DNA of 32,000 nucleotides from Pyrofollis japonicus (GCF_033097485.1 NZ_AP028634.1:765126-797125), one strand, 5' to 3'; counted from the first letter of the stretch, positions 8,945-16,938 are shown. A program made the numbers and translations. The notes: generated by a model not told the origin, from the letters alone.

Positions 8945-10950
8945 CCTCTATATACAATAAAGTATGTTATGAATATCGGATACCAGGAATATTGCTCTTC
9001 GTTGCTAGTAAAGTAGAGATTTTCTGACGGATACCCTAGATGAGGCGTCATTTTGACTAGATCGAAGTCCCCTCCGCCATAGGGCTCAAGACTGGAGACC
9101 TTGAGCTTTACAATAATGGCTGTCTCGCCGTAATTCGTATATGCATAACTAATCAAATTACCGCTGATAGCAGCCAAAGTTGAAGCAAGTCCTCCCTCCT
9201 CGCCGACTACCGCAGATATTACCCACTTCAATGGCATCTGTAATACTCCTATTACTGCTCCCGCAATGCTTGTTCTATAAGAGTATACCTTATTTGTATC
9301 TATCACCTCTAGGATGCTGTCACTAGGTTGTAGATGAAAGCTTTTCCAGACATAATTAGACCTTGTAGCTCCAACTAACTCATAGTATTTATCCATGTAT
9401 GCTTGATATTCAGACGATCCCGTCTTTACTCTTATTCCTCTTAGAGAATCCCAGTCTACACTAACTCCTTGCAACGGAGTAAAAGCAACAATTGGTTCGA
9501 CGACCCAGTATTCATGAGAAATACCCTGGTAATCTGGCACGTTCTTTTTTGTCACATAGTAGTCTATAAACACGCCATCTCCGCTACTATAAATGTACAA
9601 ATTCTTTGTTATTATGAACCCGACGTATCCTTGGTCTAGATAATGTAGCGACAGATCAGTTAATCCAAGTCCGCTTGTCACAGCTTTTCTTTCCTCTCCT
9701 ATGAATATTGTATTTACAATAGATAATCCGTTCTTGTAGTAACGGCCCTCGTTCGCAGATATCGCAAGTTGAAATTGCAGGTTATTTGATGTACATCCGG
9801 ATTGGCATACTCCTGCTAGCCTGAGGAGAGGTGCGTCCTCTATGCTCTTTAAGTAAATGCTTGCATCTTGCCAAGTAGGGTAATGATTAGGCTCAAAGTA
9901 TATTCCTATGTTTTTAGCTATTTTTGTCCAGAATGCTTGAAGCGTTAGTAGCCCTGCTAGTCGTGGTTCTTGATCCCATAGAGGATCATACCATTCTCTT
10001 AGTGCATTGTATATTGCGCTATCGAGAGGGCATGTTGACGGTATGTATACTCTTGTTGAGAATTTTTCTGCGAATTCGTGATACATTAGCTTCTTTTCTG
10101 TATCGCTTAGTCCTCCCTGTAGGTGTTGCATGTAGCTGCTTGGTGGTTGGGCGTTATATAGGTCGGGTATTGTTATGAAGTCGCCATCTGTTAGCTGAAG
10201 ACCGTATTGCTTATAGTTCTTTATTGTTACTACTTCGCATCCACTTGGTAGTCGTGTACCCGTGACCGCTGCTCTCGTTCTCTGAGTCGTTTTGTTCTTC
10301 AAGAGTGGCTCTTGATAATATTTTTCCACTATGCTTGCATAGAGCTGGGTAACATTAACCAGCGCGAACTGCTTTGCCGGAATAATTACCGTTCCGGCAT
10401 GAAGTACTAGGTAGGGATCCTTTTCAACCGCCTTGAGGGGGTTCTTGTACTTTGCCAACGCTATGTCGTAACTTCCTACTATTGCTGAACCTAGGTAGTG
10501 GTTGCCTTTATTATCGTAGAGCATTAGGAGGACTGTTATCGCAGATGCCTCTTCCTTAAATATCTTTAACATTGTGGGATTCTTTGCAGAGGCTATGTTC
10601 TTCTTAGAACTTTTTACCAATTCATAAGTATTTATCTGCGCCTTTATTTCGACCTGGCCAGGCTTTATCTCTACAATTTTTGCTATCGGTTTTGCTCCGG
10701 GAGCAGTAGCTATTATCTCTGCAAATCCATAGAGTTTTCCTGCGCCCGGTATGGTGGGCAGTTTGGCTACAATGCTTACTGTATAGCTTTGACCCCAGAG
10801 TCTCGGAGCTGCAATATACGAGGCACTGCCTGCAATGATGAATACGACTAGGAAAGCTGCTAATGTGTGCTGAGCTATGAGTCTCACCATTTTCTCAACC
10901 ATTCTTCTGAGTATATGCGTCAATGCAATAGACCCGACTCTATAACACAT
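8941..10950 (-). CDS. Large secreted or membrane-anchored protein of unknown function (orphan)
   Basis: 669-aa ORF that is too long to be a chance ORF. It has an N-terminal signal/anchor MVRLIAQHTLAAFLVVFIIAGSASYIAAP. The likelier starts are ATG 10902 or 10890 rather than 10950, which sits almost on the AT-rich promoter-like tract CTATTATAATTTTA. A sample line (9001-9060) is ~42% GC. Confidence 0.6.
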   Translation of the reverse strand: MCYRVGSIALTHILRRMVEKMVRLIAQHTLAAFLVVFIIAGSASYIAAPRLWGQSYTVSIVAKLPTIPGAGKLYGFAEIIATAPGAKPIAKIVEIKPGQVEIKAQINTYELVKSSKKNIASAKNPTMLKIFKEEASAITVLLMLYDNKGNHYLGSAIVGSYDIALAKYKNPLKAVEKDPYLVLHAGTVIIPAKQFALVNVTQLYASIVEKYYQEPLLKNKTTQRTRAAVTGTRLPSGCEVVTIKNYKQYGLQLTDGDFITIPDLYNAQPPSSYMQHLQGGLSDTEKKLMYHEFAEKFSTRVYIPSTCPLDSAIYNALREWYDPLWDQEPRLAGLLTLQAFWTKIAKNIGIYFEPNHYPTWQDASIYLKSIEDAPLLRLAGVCQSGCTSNNLQFQLAISANEGRYYKNGLSIVNTIFIGEERKAVTSGLGLTDLSLHYLDQGYVGFIITKNLYIYSSGDGVFIDYYVTKKNVPDYQGISHEYWVVEPIVAFTPLQGVSVDWDSLRGIRVKTGSSEYQAYMDKYYELVGATRSNYVWKSFHLQPSDSILEVIDTNKVYSYRTSIAGAVIGVLQMPLKWVISAVVGEEGGLASTLAAISGNLISYAYTNYGETAIIVKLKVSSLEPYGGGDFDLVKMTPHLGYPSENLYFTSNEEQYSWYPIFITYFIVYRG

Positions 10951-11293
10951 ATAGAGTAAAATTATAATAGTCCTACCTCTAAGGGTTTGATAATTAGCTT
11001 TTTCTTAAGAAGTTTCTTGGCTTCAAAAGTGTTCATAGAATTAGAAGCGCTAAGTAGTGGGCTATTTCACTAATTTTCTCACATTTCTTTATTTTAGCGT
11101 TACAAAAACTCGGAATCTAGCACTAGATCGTGATATTAGTAAGAGGGTAACGGTGACGTGTAATGGTACTTTGAATTTTCATTAACGGTTGTAGAGAATG
11201 CTGTCTAGGGTTATTAGATTTGTAAAGTGCTATAACTGCATAAATAAATTTATATTGTGGTCTGGTTTGGAGAGGCTAGAAGGGTTCCACGGC

Positions 11294-11737
11294 TTGCTGA
11301 GTAGAGACCGCGAGCTGGAGACAAGGCTGGATCAGAAGGACTACAAGTTGTTGGAGCTGCTTAGGCAGAATGCTAGGGAGTCTTATGCTGCTCTTGCCGC
11401 GCAGTTGGGGATCTCCGAGTCTGCTGTGCGCAAGCGGATAATGAAGCTGAAGAAGCTTGGCGTGATAAGGAGGTTTACTATCGACTATGACGTGCCAGGC
11501 GAGGTGGTTGCGCTCATACTCGTAAAGACGCAGCCACCGGTACAGACACCAGATGTTTCCCGGAAGATTCTCCAGAACCGTATGGTTGAGAAGGTGTACG
11601 AGGTCACGGGGGAGTACGATATATTGGTTATTGCAAGGGCGAGGTCGTCGCAGGACATAAACAGCATAATAGACTACATAAGGTCTATCGAGGGGGTACA
11701 GAGCACCTATACTATGATAGTGCTGCGCTCATACTAG
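11294..11737 (+). CDS. Lrp/AsnC-family transcriptional regulator
   Basis: HTH region LDQKDYKLLELLRQNARESYAALAAQLGISESAVRKRIMKLKKLGVIRRF followed by a RAM/ACT-like C-terminal domain. The track ORF starts at 11198, but its first ~30 codons run through an AT-rich promoter-like tract (11239-11256). In-frame TTG codons at 11267 or 11294 give a family-typical length. Confidence 0.85.
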   Translation: MLSRDRELETRLDQKDYKLLELLRQNARESYAALAAQLGISESAVRKRIMKLKKLGVIRRFTIDYDVPGEVVALILVKTQPPVQTPDVSRKILQNRMVEKVYEVTGEYDILVIARARSSQDINSIIDYIRSIEGVQSTYTMIVLRSY

Positions 11738-12847
11738 GCATTTCTCGACATAGAGCTCTACCAGTAGCTTCGCCACGGTTTCCACGTCGTTCTTTGTAAC
11801 TGCTCCCATTACTCCTATTCTCAGCATCTTCTCCCGGTACTCGCTCATCCCTGTTGCAACTATGTAGCCGTTTTCTGCCAAATACTTCTTCGCGTCCAGC
11901 GCCGACATGCACTTGGGGACGAGGAAAGCAGCTACTGTCGCGCTCCGGTAATCGCTGCGCAGAACGAAGGCCTCGTAGCCCCTCCTAGTCAGCTCGTCGT
12001 ACAGTATGTTTGCCTTGGCGCGGTGTTCTCTCCGTATATTCTCAACGCCTTTCTCCCTTACCAGGAGGAGGGCCTCCCTCAGCCCATACATAACCGTTAT
12101 CGGTGCCGTGAATGGCGTCTCTCCCCGGTCCTTTAGGAACCAGTGGTAGCGGGCGAGATCTATCGCTGGTGGGACGTCTATGCTGCTCTGTCCCCTCTTC
12201 TCGAGCACCTCGACAGCTTCGCGGCTGACCATTACTATTGCTGCGCCTGGGGGGGCTGCCAAGGCCTTATGGGTGGCCGTGGCCACGGCGTATACGTTGC
12301 GGAGACGTATATCCTCGACAGGGAACCCTGAGACAGAGTCGACAAGGGTTTTCACGCCATATCGCTCAGCTAGCCTTGCCAGCCTCTCGACGTCGCGGAA
12401 GGCGAGCCCAGTACTAGTCTCATTGTGAACCACTAGTAGGTAGTCGTAGTTTTCCTCCTCGAGGCGCCCTAAGACCTCTTCTACAAGGGGCCCCCTACGG
12501 GGATCCACGTAGGCCCTATGAACGCATGCTCCCCGCGCTTCCGCGGAATATGCTAGGCGTTTCCCGAATTCGCCCCCGACGAGCGCCAATACCTTGCTAC
12601 GGGGCTCAATGAGGCTCCAAACCATGGCGTCTACTGCCGTGGTCCCGGTTCCCGGAAGCACGTAGGCTTCTTCCGCCGATGCGAGCGAGGATAACTCTTC
12701 AACTATTTCTCTCAGTAGTTGTCTGAACTCCTGGCTCCGGTGACTGATAATTGGCTTGGCTAGCGCGCTGAGTACTCTCTCGTGGAGCTCTATGGGGCCT
12801 GGGGTCATGAGCTTGGCCATCGCTTTCCACCCCTCTTGCTGGTACAC
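11729..12847 (-). CDS. Class-V PLP aminotransferase (serine-pyruvate/alanine-glyoxylate/phosphoserine aminotransferase type)
   Basis: 372 aa. N-terminal LMTPGPIELHERV, PLP-lysine context ATHKALAAPPGAAIV, and overall class-V layout. It lies immediately downstream of the dehydrogenase gene. Confidence 0.85.
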   Translation of the reverse strand: MYQQEGWKAMAKLMTPGPIELHERVLSALAKPIISHRSQEFRQLLREIVEELSSLASAEEAYVLPGTGTTAVDAMVWSLIEPRSKVLALVGGEFGKRLAYSAEARGACVHRAYVDPRRGPLVEEVLGRLEEENYDYLLVVHNETSTGLAFRDVERLARLAERYGVKTLVDSVSGFPVEDIRLRNVYAVATATHKALAAPPGAAIVMVSREAVEVLEKRGQSSIDVPPAIDLARYHWFLKDRGETPFTAPITVMYGLREALLLVREKGVENIRREHRAKANILYDELTRRGYEAFVLRSDYRSATVAAFLVPKCMSALDAKKYLAENGYIVATGMSEYREKMLRIGVMGAVTKNDVETVAKLLVELYVEKCLV

Positions 12848-12854
12848 ATGGCTC

Positions 12855-13853
12855 CTAGCAGTTGAGGCCCATTTCTTCTAGCTGGTCGCACACCGGCTTG
12901 ATCGCCTCCTCTGCCTCTGGGCAGCAGATTCCGAGCCTCCTTGTTATCGCTGCTAGGGAGAGTATTGCTACGCGGTACTGTGCCTCCTCCGTGGAGGCGC
13001 CTATGTGTGGGGTCACTATTACTCTTGGGTGTTCGAGGAGCTTCTTCTCCGCTGGGGTGGCTGGGGGCTCGTGCTCTAGTACGTCGAGGCCGGCAGCGTA
13101 GACCTTGCCCTCTTCTAGTGCTCGGAGAAGTGCCTCGGCGTCGACGACTGCCCCCCTGGACGTGTTTATGAATATTGTTCTCGGCTTCATGCACTCGAAT
13201 AGCTTGTCGCTGAACAAGTGGTAGGTTTGCTTCGTTAGCGGCACGTGGACTGAGACCACGTCGGCTGATCGGAGCGCCTCGCAGAGGTCGTATACCGGCT
13301 CCACGCCTAGGCTCCTAGCACTCCTCTCGATATCTATGACGTCGTACGCTTTTACTCTCATGCCGAGCGCCTTGGCCATTGCCGCTACTCTTCTACCGAT
13401 GCGGCCAAACCCTACCACCAACAGCGTTTTCCCGTAGAGTTCTAGGCCGCGTTCCTTGAGCCACACACCGTTCCTGGCACGGTAGTTTAGCCACGCTATG
13501 CTCCTCGCGGCTGCAATCATTAGGCCTAATACTAGCTCCGCCACGCTCTGCGTTGAAGCCGTAGGGGTATTCACAACCTCCACCTCATACCTCTTAGCAG
13601 CCTCAAGGTCAATGTTGTCCAAGCCGACACCGGCACGCACTATTAGCCTTAGCCGCCCCTTCCTACCAGCAGCAATGATCTCACCATCAACCCTTGTACG
13701 GCTCCTCACAACGAGCACGTCGTAGCCTGGTACAAGCCTCAGCAGCTCATCCCTCGTGGCGCCGAGCCTCTCGTCTACCCGTATACCGCACCGCTTTGCC
13801 AGTTCGTGGAAGACCTTGTGCAAGTGATCCGTCACGAGGATTCGGACATCCAT
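12855..13853 (-). CDS. serA: D-isomer-specific 2-hydroxyacid dehydrogenase (D-3-phosphoglycerate dehydrogenase or glyoxylate/hydroxypyruvate reductase type, no ACT domain)
   Basis: NAD-binding motif VVGFGRIGRRVA and catalytic-region motifs NTSRGAVVD and TPHIGAST. ATG 13853 (MDVRILVTD…) fits the family N-terminus. The track ORF begins at GTG 13865, which would overlap the upstream gene by 8 nt. Confidence 0.85.
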   Translation of the reverse strand: MDVRILVTDHLHKVFHELAKRCGIRVDERLGATRDELLRLVPGYDVLVVRSRTRVDGEIIAAGRKGRLRLIVRAGVGLDNIDLEAAKRYEVEVVNTPTASTQSVAELVLGLMIAAARSIAWLNYRARNGVWLKERGLELYGKTLLVVGFGRIGRRVAAMAKALGMRVKAYDVIDIERSARSLGVEPVYDLCEALRSADVVSVHVPLTKQTYHLFSDKLFECMKPRTIFINTSRGAVVDAEALLRALEEGKVYAAGLDVLEHEPPATPAEKKLLEHPRVIVTPHIGASTEEAQYRVAILSLAAITRRLGICCPEAEEAIKPVCDQLEEMGLNC

Positions 13854-13857
13854 GTCC

Positions 13858-14544
13858 CTAGGCACCCCGCATACACCTATAACCAGCAGCTACGACTGCG
13901 TCATCGAGATTTGCTCCGAGAAGCCTAGCTATCGGCGGACATTTAGCGCGAAGGGCTACAATCGTCTTGTCTGGGACAATGCTGCAGAACTCGCCGAGGG
14001 CCTCGTAATTGGCTATGCCCTTTGAAACGACGGCGTCAGCGTCGACAAGCAGGTACGCAACCCTATTAGCCACGTACCCGGTAGCTGGCGCTGGATAGGC
14101 TGACCCAGTACCGATAACCCTTATGTTACGAGTACTCATTCTCAGACGGCGACCGATCTCTACAAGCAACTTGTTCACATCGTCTACGGTGACGTCTAGC
14201 TCATAGGGCTGGCTGCGAGCAACCAAAACCACTTCTTTTCCTTCCTGCGCTAGCCGGAGAGCAACGAGTATATCCACAACCGCTTCTCCTGCGTTGTCTA
14301 GCAGGTAGGCTACGAGCCCAGCTCTTCCCAGAATACGCTCAACGCGTTCCCTATCGTTGATTCTGACATAGCCTTCGAGAACTAGGCCTTTCTCCTCGCG
14401 CCCAGGAAGCCATATGTCAACACTGTTGGCGAGCGCCGCCAGTCCGACCACGTCTGCGAGTCTTTTCTCGCCGAGAATCTTCGCCGCAACCGCGTCTACT
14501 TGCTCCAGTGCCCTCATGTTAAGCCGGGTCTTCATAGTCTTCAA
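13858..14544 (-). CDS. DUF89/ARMT1-like metal-dependent phosphatase family protein. The conserved N-terminus continues upstream to about 14724 with no in-frame start codon.
   Basis: Family motifs LLDNAGEAVVDILVA and SKGIANYEAL are present. The frame stays open for 60 more codons upstream (…DVCLQCLFGSREKLGLAREEV…DGLDP), which look like the family N-terminus. No ATG, GTG or TTG occurs in frame between the stop at 14727-14725 and TTG 14544. Confidence 0.8.
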   Translation of the reverse strand: MKTMKTRLNMRALEQVDAVAAKILGEKRLADVVGLAALANSVDIWLPGREEKGLVLEGYVRINDRERVERILGRAGLVAYLLDNAGEAVVDILVALRLAQEGKEVVLVARSQPYELDVTVDDVNKLLVEIGRRLRMSTRNIRVIGTGSAYPAPATGYVANRVAYLLVDADAVVSKGIANYEALGEFCSIVPDKTIVALRAKCPPIARLLGANLDDAVVAAGYRCMRGA

Positions 14545-15087
14545 TGGGTCTAGTCCGTCACGGTATAGGAGGCGGAAGGACTCGACGAATACGCGGGTAC
14601 GAGAACCCTTGTAGCGATCGAGTACTTGTTTTACTTCCTCCCGCGCTAGGCCAAGCTTTTCTCGGCTCCCGAAGAGGCATTGGAGACAAACATCTCTATC
14701 TAATAGCCATCCGAATCCAAGCGGTCACCCCTCCGCGCGCCCAGACTCTAACCAGTAGTCGTCGGGAAACAACTAGCCCCACGTACAAGGCTTTAAAAAC
14801 ATTGCCCCCATGCACCAAGCGAATACTGTGAGATTTTACGTATCTCCTAACGATTAGCTGTATACTCGGTATTGTAGATTATAAGAACCGCTACAAGAAG
14901 AAGCAATATTCTGGATAACAATGCATGCAATGCAATTATTTAAATGAGCATAATACTGAAAACAGAGCTAGATTCACTTGAAGAGTGTTATGACAAGCGA
15001 AGATCCACACTCTCCGTATTTTCGTATTGACTCGCTCAAGTTTCCTAAGATGAAGAGAAGTATACAGACTAAAGACTAAAGTAATAA

Positions 15088-15099
15088 GCCCGAGGCTTA
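15088..15099 (+). repeat. Left copy of the 12-bp direct repeat GCCCGAGGCTTA (inside the hairpin TAAGCC-CGA-GGCTTA)
   Basis: Exact 12-mer, repeated at 16927-16938. The two copies bracket the two-gene AT-rich cassette. Confidence 0.4.
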
Positions 15100-15251
15100 A
15101 AACGCAATTCACTATCTAAGTCTTTCTTTTCGTAAACAAGATATACTTATTTACTGCACTATATATGAAATTACAACACCAATTGTATTTCGCATTATTA
15201 TTGAATTAGATTTAAAATATGTACATACCATAATAATATTTAAAACAAACT

Positions 15252-15261
15252 AACATAAATA
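15252..15261 (+). promoter_or_regulatory. Putative TATA/BRE-like element AACATAAATA upstream of the nuclease-like gene
   Basis: The AT-rich box is centred about 27 nt upstream of GTG 15284. The identical 10-mer recurs at 17006-17015 upstream of the 252-aa orphan. Confidence 0.35.
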
Positions 15262-15283
15262 CATTCAAAGCTGGAGACACAGA

Positions 15284-16033
15284 GTGCCTCTGCCTATCGA
15301 CCTTTATTGCACCAACCCCATAATTTATAAGAACGCACACATAATGACTAAAAATAAACGTATCTGGGGACGTATTGAGTTTCGTGCTCAGTTATCTATA
15401 AGTTTTAACCACCTAGTTAACCAGGTTCTTGCTAATATCAGCAGGAGGAGACATGTGAGAAGTATAGATATTTATTCAAATATACTTGAAAAGATAAATT
15501 TCGACTATACTGAAAAATTTATACCTGGCTTAAGGGAAGCCTTCCCCTTTTACCACATAGGATATAGGCCTTATACGCCCTGGCATAGCCAAAACACTAA
15601 TATAAAAACCGCAACCGGCATAAGATATCCTCTCATTCAAAAATACTTTTCAGGAGACATATCCGGCAATATTGGTGAAAGCTTATTCGTCTACATAACA
15701 ACAATGATCTATGGAGCATCAAGAATAATCCACCTTAGACCGGAAAAAGCTATTATGTTAACACCAGACTTTGTAGTACTTGACCCTACAGACATAGTGA
15801 GACTAAGCCCATTACTATGCAATAATTCACCAACTATATCAAATTACTCAAAACTATTTGTTGAGTGCAAGACTTCAGCGAGCGGCCAAAATGATCGCAA
15901 TAAAATAGCCAAAGGTCTCGCGCAATTACTTACTACAATAGACTACGGCGACTTAGGAATACTATTTCTAGTACAGAGGGACCAACCAAATCAGTTACTG
16001 TCCGCTACTTCAATACCGTTAATAAGGAGGTGA
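15284..16033 (+). CDS. PD-(D/E)xK (restriction-endonuclease-like fold) nuclease-domain protein with an unknown N-terminal domain
   Basis: 249 aa. The ordered motifs are E132 (GNIGESLF), D162 (TPDFVVLD), E194-x-K196 (LFVECKTS) and Q214 (KGLAQLL). The start is GTG 15284, with an alternative ATG at 15344. A sample line is 35% GC. Confidence 0.65.
   Translation: MPLPIDLYCTNPIIYKNAHIMTKNKRIWGRIEFRAQLSISFNHLVNQVLANISRRRHVRSIDIYSNILEKINFDYTEKFIPGLREAFPFYHIGYRPYTPWHSQNTNIKTATGIRYPLIQKYFSGDISGNIGESLFVYITTMIYGASRIIHLRPEKAIMLTPDFVVLDPTDIVRLSPLLCNNSPTISNYSKLFVECKTSASGQNDRNKIAKGLAQLLTTIDYGDLGILFLVQRDQPNQLLSATSIPLIRR
16026..16033 (+). promoter_or_regulatory. Shine-Dalgarno GGAGGTGA for the partner gene, embedded in the last codons of the nuclease-like gene
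   Basis: The 8-nt sequence is complementary to the conserved archaeal 16S 3' end (…GAUCACCUCC). It sits 7 nt before ATG 16041 and contains the upstream TGA stop. Confidence 0.6.
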
Positions 16034-16040
16034 ATAATGT

Positions 16041-16715
16041 ATGAATTCTGAAAGATTCGAATCAGAAAGAAAAGAAGTATATGAGAAACTCACAGTAGAA
16101 GCGGCAGAAAGACTTCTAGAGATATATAATGCTTTATGGATATATGATTTTGACAAGGTGCTTGAGATAGCAGATTACGCTCTCAAAAGCATAGATAAAG
16201 AATTGCAAAAAACTGGTTTAACAAGTAAAACCTTAGTAGAAAAGGCCCGAAGTTTGAAACAAAAAGTGAAAAAAGAGGCACCAGGCCATGAGATTACAGT
16301 CCTAGCGCCAATTATTGTAAGGCTTACTAGGATCCGTGACCAGGCAACGCAAATACAACAAGCACAAAGAATAGGGATAATAAAACCGCCGAAACGCCTC
16401 AGGTATTGCAGACTTCTCAGTACTGGTGAAATATATCTAGCCCGCTGCCTATTACCAGGCTCATTAAAAATAGAGGACCAAAGTACTATTAAAACCGTTT
16501 TTATGCAACTAAATCCTTTGGACCTAGAAGTATATACCATAGGTGCAAGCATGGAAGCAAGAATCTGGCTTCAAAACATGATAATAGACGTCACACTAAT
16601 AGAAAACAAGCTTGAAATAAGGGTGCTGGCTTCGCCTAAAGCCAGGGAAAACGCAGAAATAATAGAGAGCATAATAGACAAAATATTCTCAAATCTTAAT
16701 AATGTAATGGTGTAA
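16041..16715 (+). CDS. Hypothetical protein: Lys/Glu-rich helical N-half and beta-rich C-half; partner of the nuclease-like gene
   Basis: 224-aa ORF starting 7 nt after the previous stop, with a strong SD. It shares the very low GC of the upstream gene. I recognise no family motif. Confidence 0.6.
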   Translation: MNSERFESERKEVYEKLTVEAAERLLEIYNALWIYDFDKVLEIADYALKSIDKELQKTGLTSKTLVEKARSLKQKVKKEAPGHEITVLAPIIVRLTRIRDQATQIQQAQRIGIIKPPKRLRYCRLLSTGEIYLARCLLPGSLKIEDQSTIKTVFMQLNPLDLEVYTIGASMEARIWLQNMIIDVTLIENKLEIRVLASPKARENAEIIESIIDKIFSNLNNVMV

Positions 16716-16753
16716 ATATGAGAGTAGATTAATTCAAAATAACGCGTTGATTA

Positions 16754-16773
16754 AAATAACCTTAAATAACCTT
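16754..16773 (+). repeat. Perfect tandem duplication AAATAACCTT x2 just downstream of the cassette
   Basis: aaataacctt|aaataacctt read directly. The related AAAATAAC also occurs at 16735-16742, and the palindrome AACGCGTT at 16741-16748. Confidence 0.5.
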
Positions 16774-16926
16774 TAGAAATTCAAAGACGTACTCTTATTG
16801 CTCTTTTCGGCTGCACCGTACCTTTTGATCCTGGTTAGGGCCATACTAGTTAACAATACGTATGACATAGCCAGAATAGTCTACATTTTGTACAACACTT
16901 CGATAAAGCAGCTAAAGCACCTAGAG

Positions 16927-16938
16927 GCCCGAGGCTTA
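16927..16938 (+). repeat. Right copy of the 12-bp direct repeat GCCCGAGGCTTA
   Basis: Exact match to 15088-15099 on the same strand, located in the intergenic DNA after the cassette. Confidence 0.4.

Noticed and set aside
14544-14831. 95-aa plus-strand ORF (MGLVRHGIGGGRTRRIRG…) upstream of the DUF89 gene
   Set aside because: Its first ~180 nt are the antisense of the conserved DUF89 N-terminal coding region. The translation is Arg/Gly/Pro-rich low complexity.
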